Assembly (NCBI GenBank): GCA_963719515.1
Contig: CAVRCJ010000006.1
Span: forward strand, 1 to 64,000
Direction: 5' to 3'
From: an uncultured cyanobacterium
GTDB taxonomy: Bacteria > Cyanobacteriota > Cyanobacteriia > CAKZMO01
Length of the DNA stretch: 64,000 nt
Translations under genes and position numbers: made by a program
Shown: positions 61,141-64,000 of the stretch, piece by piece
How the letters are laid out: every line of letters begins with the position of its first letter
How positions within the stretch are numbered: position 1 is the stretch's first letter
Notes under the pieces: generated by a model
Database searches by the model: none
What the model was told of the DNA's origin: nothing
Seen by the model: only the letters and a program-made list of their open reading frames with translations

Positions 61141-62217
61141 TCAAGCGGTTACAGACTCAGGCTTGGCAAAAATCATCCGCCCAGCAGACGTTTGCAGCGC
61201 TCCGGTGACCACCACCGACAAATCGTCTCCTAAGTAGCCGCTGCCCTCTTCTACTACCACCATAGTGCCATCGTCCAGATAGCCAACCCCTTGAGCAGGC
61301 TCTTTCCCCTGCTTCAAAATTCGTAGGTTGAGGCTGTCTCCGGGTAGGTAGTTGGGCCGTAGTGACTGGGCCAAATCATTGATGTTGAGGACGGTCACCT
61401 GCTGAAGGCTAGCGACCTTGTTGAGGTTATAGTCTGTGGTCAGCAGCATGCCGCTGATCTCCTGACCGAAGCGCACCAGCTTAGCATCTACGGTAGGGAT
61501 ATCGTCATAGTCTACTGGGTGAATGGAGATGCGATCGGGATAGTTGGCCTGCATCTCTTGCAGGACGTCCAGCCCTCGCCGCCCGCGAACGCGCTTTTGG
61601 TCGTTCGATGCATCAGCGACCTGCTGCAGCTCTTGAAGCACAAACTGGGGCACCAGCAGCTGACCCTCTAAAAAACCGGTGGTCAATAGGTCGTTGATGC
61701 GACCATCAATAATGCTGCTGGTGTCCAGAATTTTAGCGGAGGAGGCCTTAAGCGTTCCTTCAGCCACCAGCAAGGTTTCAACGCTATTAGGGTTGATTAA
61801 CCGCAGGAGCGTGCGACCATGAATGTCAGCCAAACTCATGCCGGAAACCGAAAACAGGACGCTGCCTAGGATAGCAGCTAGGGGTTTGATGAATGCGAAG
61901 TCTTCTGAAATCGGCAGCAGGAACAGCGGCGCGAGCAGCAGGTTGGCAATGAGCAGCCCGAGAATAAGCCCTACAGCTCGACTCAAGAGCATGTCCACTG
62001 GCATATCGCGCAGTCCCTTCTGCAGCCGACGGTAGGTTGTCTGGGCGGCGAGCCCTACCACAGTGCCGATCAAGGCTCCAAATGCTGCCAAGACGGTGCT
62101 TAGTCCCTCAATGCTGCTGACCTGGGCCAGAGCATCGGTAGGCAGCAGATCGACGCTGTAGTAGCCGATCCCACCGCCTGCGAGTACAAATGCCAATACG
62201 ATGATGATGTCGATCAT
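61141..62217 (-). CDS. PIN/TRAM domain membrane protein
   Basis: Motifs LDTSSIIDGRI, RGRRGLD, GVGYLDDGTMVVVE, QTSAGRMIFA. Confidence 0.92.
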   Translation of the reverse strand: MIDIIIVLAFVLAGGGIGYYSVDLLPTDALAQVSSIEGLSTVLAAFGALIGTVVGLAAQTTYRRLQKGLRDMPVDMLLSRAVGLILGLLIANLLLAPLFLLPISEDFAFIKPLAAILGSVLFSVSGMSLADIHGRTLLRLINPNSVETLLVAEGTLKASSAKILDTSSIIDGRINDLLTTGFLEGQLLVPQFVLQELQQVADASNDQKRVRGRRGLDVLQEMQANYPDRISIHPVDYDDIPTVDAKLVRFGQEISGMLLTTDYNLNKVASLQQVTVLNINDLAQSLRPNYLPGDSLNLRILKQGKEPAQGVGYLDDGTMVVVEEGSGYLGDDLSVVVTGALQTSAGRMIFAKPESVTA

Positions 62218-62637
62218 GATTGCGTCCCAACCAGGGAAATAGAGAAAGTATGAAGTATCTGTAGGGGATCTATGGGGTATGGATAAAGCCAGTATGGCGT
62301 GAAATGCTGTCAAAGCGGAAGACCTTTTGACGCTGCGCTGTACGGTCCTACGCCCGCAGTCTCAACCCGAATTATTTCGGATAGAGTTGCCTCGAGAAGC
62401 AGCTCTGCTCCCTAATCTAGACAAGGTCTATTTATGGCCCTACTTCCCATTATCGGAAACGCTACCCTAATCGGCAGATAATTTAAAGCTATTGACTGAA
62501 TTGCCGAGTAGGGACATCTCTACCAGTGCCTCCTCGTCCTCGCGGCGATCGCAGCTGCTTCTTTAAAATGCGCCGCTGAAAACGCAGAGAGGGCGATTGT
62601 GGCTGTAGTCGCTTAGCGTTGACGAGCGCCTAGCGCA

Positions 62638-64000
62638 CTAGTGCAGATCTGCGGCCTTTAAAAGATCACGCCGAGAGCGACTCAGCCGCCGTAGCCAAAA
62701 CCCGCCGAGCACAGCTATCACTAAAGACACCCACCCCGTCAACGGCTGCAGCAGTAAAAAACCGCCTAGGGCAAACATGCTGCCAAACAGCAGCAGTATC
62801 CCCGCCACCACGCACCAAAGGCTATTGGCAAGCGACTGGGCCGGGGGGAGCCCCGTCTGCTGCTGCTGCAATCGCCACCCCGGCCCGGGGGGCTGAATGC
62901 GCCGGTAGAAAGCGTTCAATATCTCCGGAGATTCTGGGGGCGTCGCCAGCATCACCCCAATCCAAATTATCGCTGTGAGCAGGGAAGTTACCATTAGCCG
63001 CCAGCCAAAGTCCTCAATTTGCACTACGGGCACCACGCTGGTAGCCAGGCCAATCACAAACCCCGTCACCATGGCGGCTAGCTCCGCCGCTGCATTGATT
63101 CGCCACCATAGCCACCGCAAAATCAGCACTAGCCCTGGCCCGGTGCCGATAGCAATGACTAAACGGAACACAGTGCCCACATCTTGGGCAAAGAAAGCGG
63201 CGCTCGCCCCTATCAGAGTCACCCCGACCGAGGCTAAGCGTCCCGCCATCACAAGCTCTGCTTGAGAGGCCTCCGGACGAAAGAAGCGGGCATAGAGGTC
63301 GTTAGTTATGTATGACGCCCCCCAATTGATCAGCGTCGACACCGTACTCATAAACGCTGCCACCAGGGAAGCGACTACGATCCCCAGCAGCACTGGCGGT
63401 AAAAATTCTCGCATCAGCATGGGGTAGCCCAGCTCCCGGTCCGCCAAATCAGGGTAGATCACCACCGCCGCCAGAGCCACCACTACCCAGGGCCAGGTGC
63501 GCACCACGTAATGCAGTCCGTTAAATAGCCATGCCGCCTGCTCTGCCTCAGCTTCTGTCTTCGCCGCCGCCAGCCGCTGCACAAATTCTCCCCCCCCATC
63601 GCTGCGGCGAAAGGCCCACCACTGTACGAACACATAGGCGAAGAAAGTGCTGACGCTGATGCCTGCCGTTTGGCTCCAGGCGAGCCAGGGGACGTCGCCA
63701 GTGACCTGCAGCGGAAAAAAGGCCAAAATATCGAACTCGGTCGTTGCCTGGGCCTGCTCGACTAGGGGAGCTATGCCTCCCACATGATTTACCGCAATTA
63801 CCGCAACGGCGATCGCCCCGATCAGCGCTAGTCCAAACTGCAAAAAGTCGGTAGTCACGACACCCCACAGCCCCGAAAAGCCGGAGTACAGCAGCACCAG
63901 CAGACTGACAGCAATCACGCTTAGCACCTTGCCATTCTCTCCTGGGTTCAGCCCCAAGCTTTGCCACAGCTCGAGGGCGTCCACGACTTTCACCATGGCC
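62638..64000 (-). CDS. sodium:solute symporter family protein (5' end outside window)
   Basis: Motifs GLWGVVTTDFLQF, SLVAAFMST, LRWLWWR. Confidence 0.9.
   Translation of the reverse strand, partial: AMVKVVDALELWQSLGLNPGENGKVLSVIAVSLLVLLYSGFSGLWGVVTTDFLQFGLALIGAIAVAVIAVNHVGGIAPLVEQAQATTEFDILAFFPLQVTGDVPWLAWSQTAGISVSTFFAYVFVQWWAFRRSDGGGEFVQRLAAAKTEAEAEQAAWLFNGLHYVVRTWPWVVVALAAVVIYPDLADRELGYPMLMREFLPPVLLGIVVASLVAAFMSTVSTLINWGASYITNDLYARFFRPEASQAELVMAGRLASVGVTLIGASAAFFAQDVGTVFRLVIAIGTGPGLVLILRWLWWRINAAAELAAMVTGFVIGLATSVVPVVQIEDFGWRLMVTSLLTAIIWIGVMLATPPESPEILNAFYRRIQPPGPGWRLQQQQTGLPPAQSLANSLWCVVAGILLLFGSMFALGGFLLLQPLTGWVSLVIAVLGGFWLRRLSRSRRDLLKAADLH

Overview
High-GC filamentous-type cyanobacterial chromosome segment; the HIP1 octamer GCGATCGC is abundant and the gene content is cyanobacterial. 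It is mostly housekeeping and metabolic genes: glgP, rpoZ, maf, folP, cbiG-cobJ, aroK, dapL, cofG, icd, spp, ruvA, rpsO, aroF, tRNA-Pro, tRNA-Cys and a probable 6S RNA. The accessory highlights are: (1) two ~398-bp near-identical non-autonomous IS200/IS605-type elements with their own promoter and a structured RNA reading out of the right end, candidate stand-alone omegaRNA cassettes with different guides; (2) an XRE-HTH/LRR/Roc-COR/TIR gene with 16 near-identical 69-bp repeats that vary almost only at the LRR surface codons, flanked by repeat arrays and a small gene with a long structured leader; (3) a PatX-like HRGSGR peptide gene with a TCCGGA-N17-GTAAA promoter next to a pseudokinase-TPR gene; (4) an ISAzo13-family element inserted in a persulfide-dioxygenase-like gene. 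Several single-base frameshifts look like consensus errors rather than true pseudogenes. All family assignments come from motif recognition by eye; no database searches were run.
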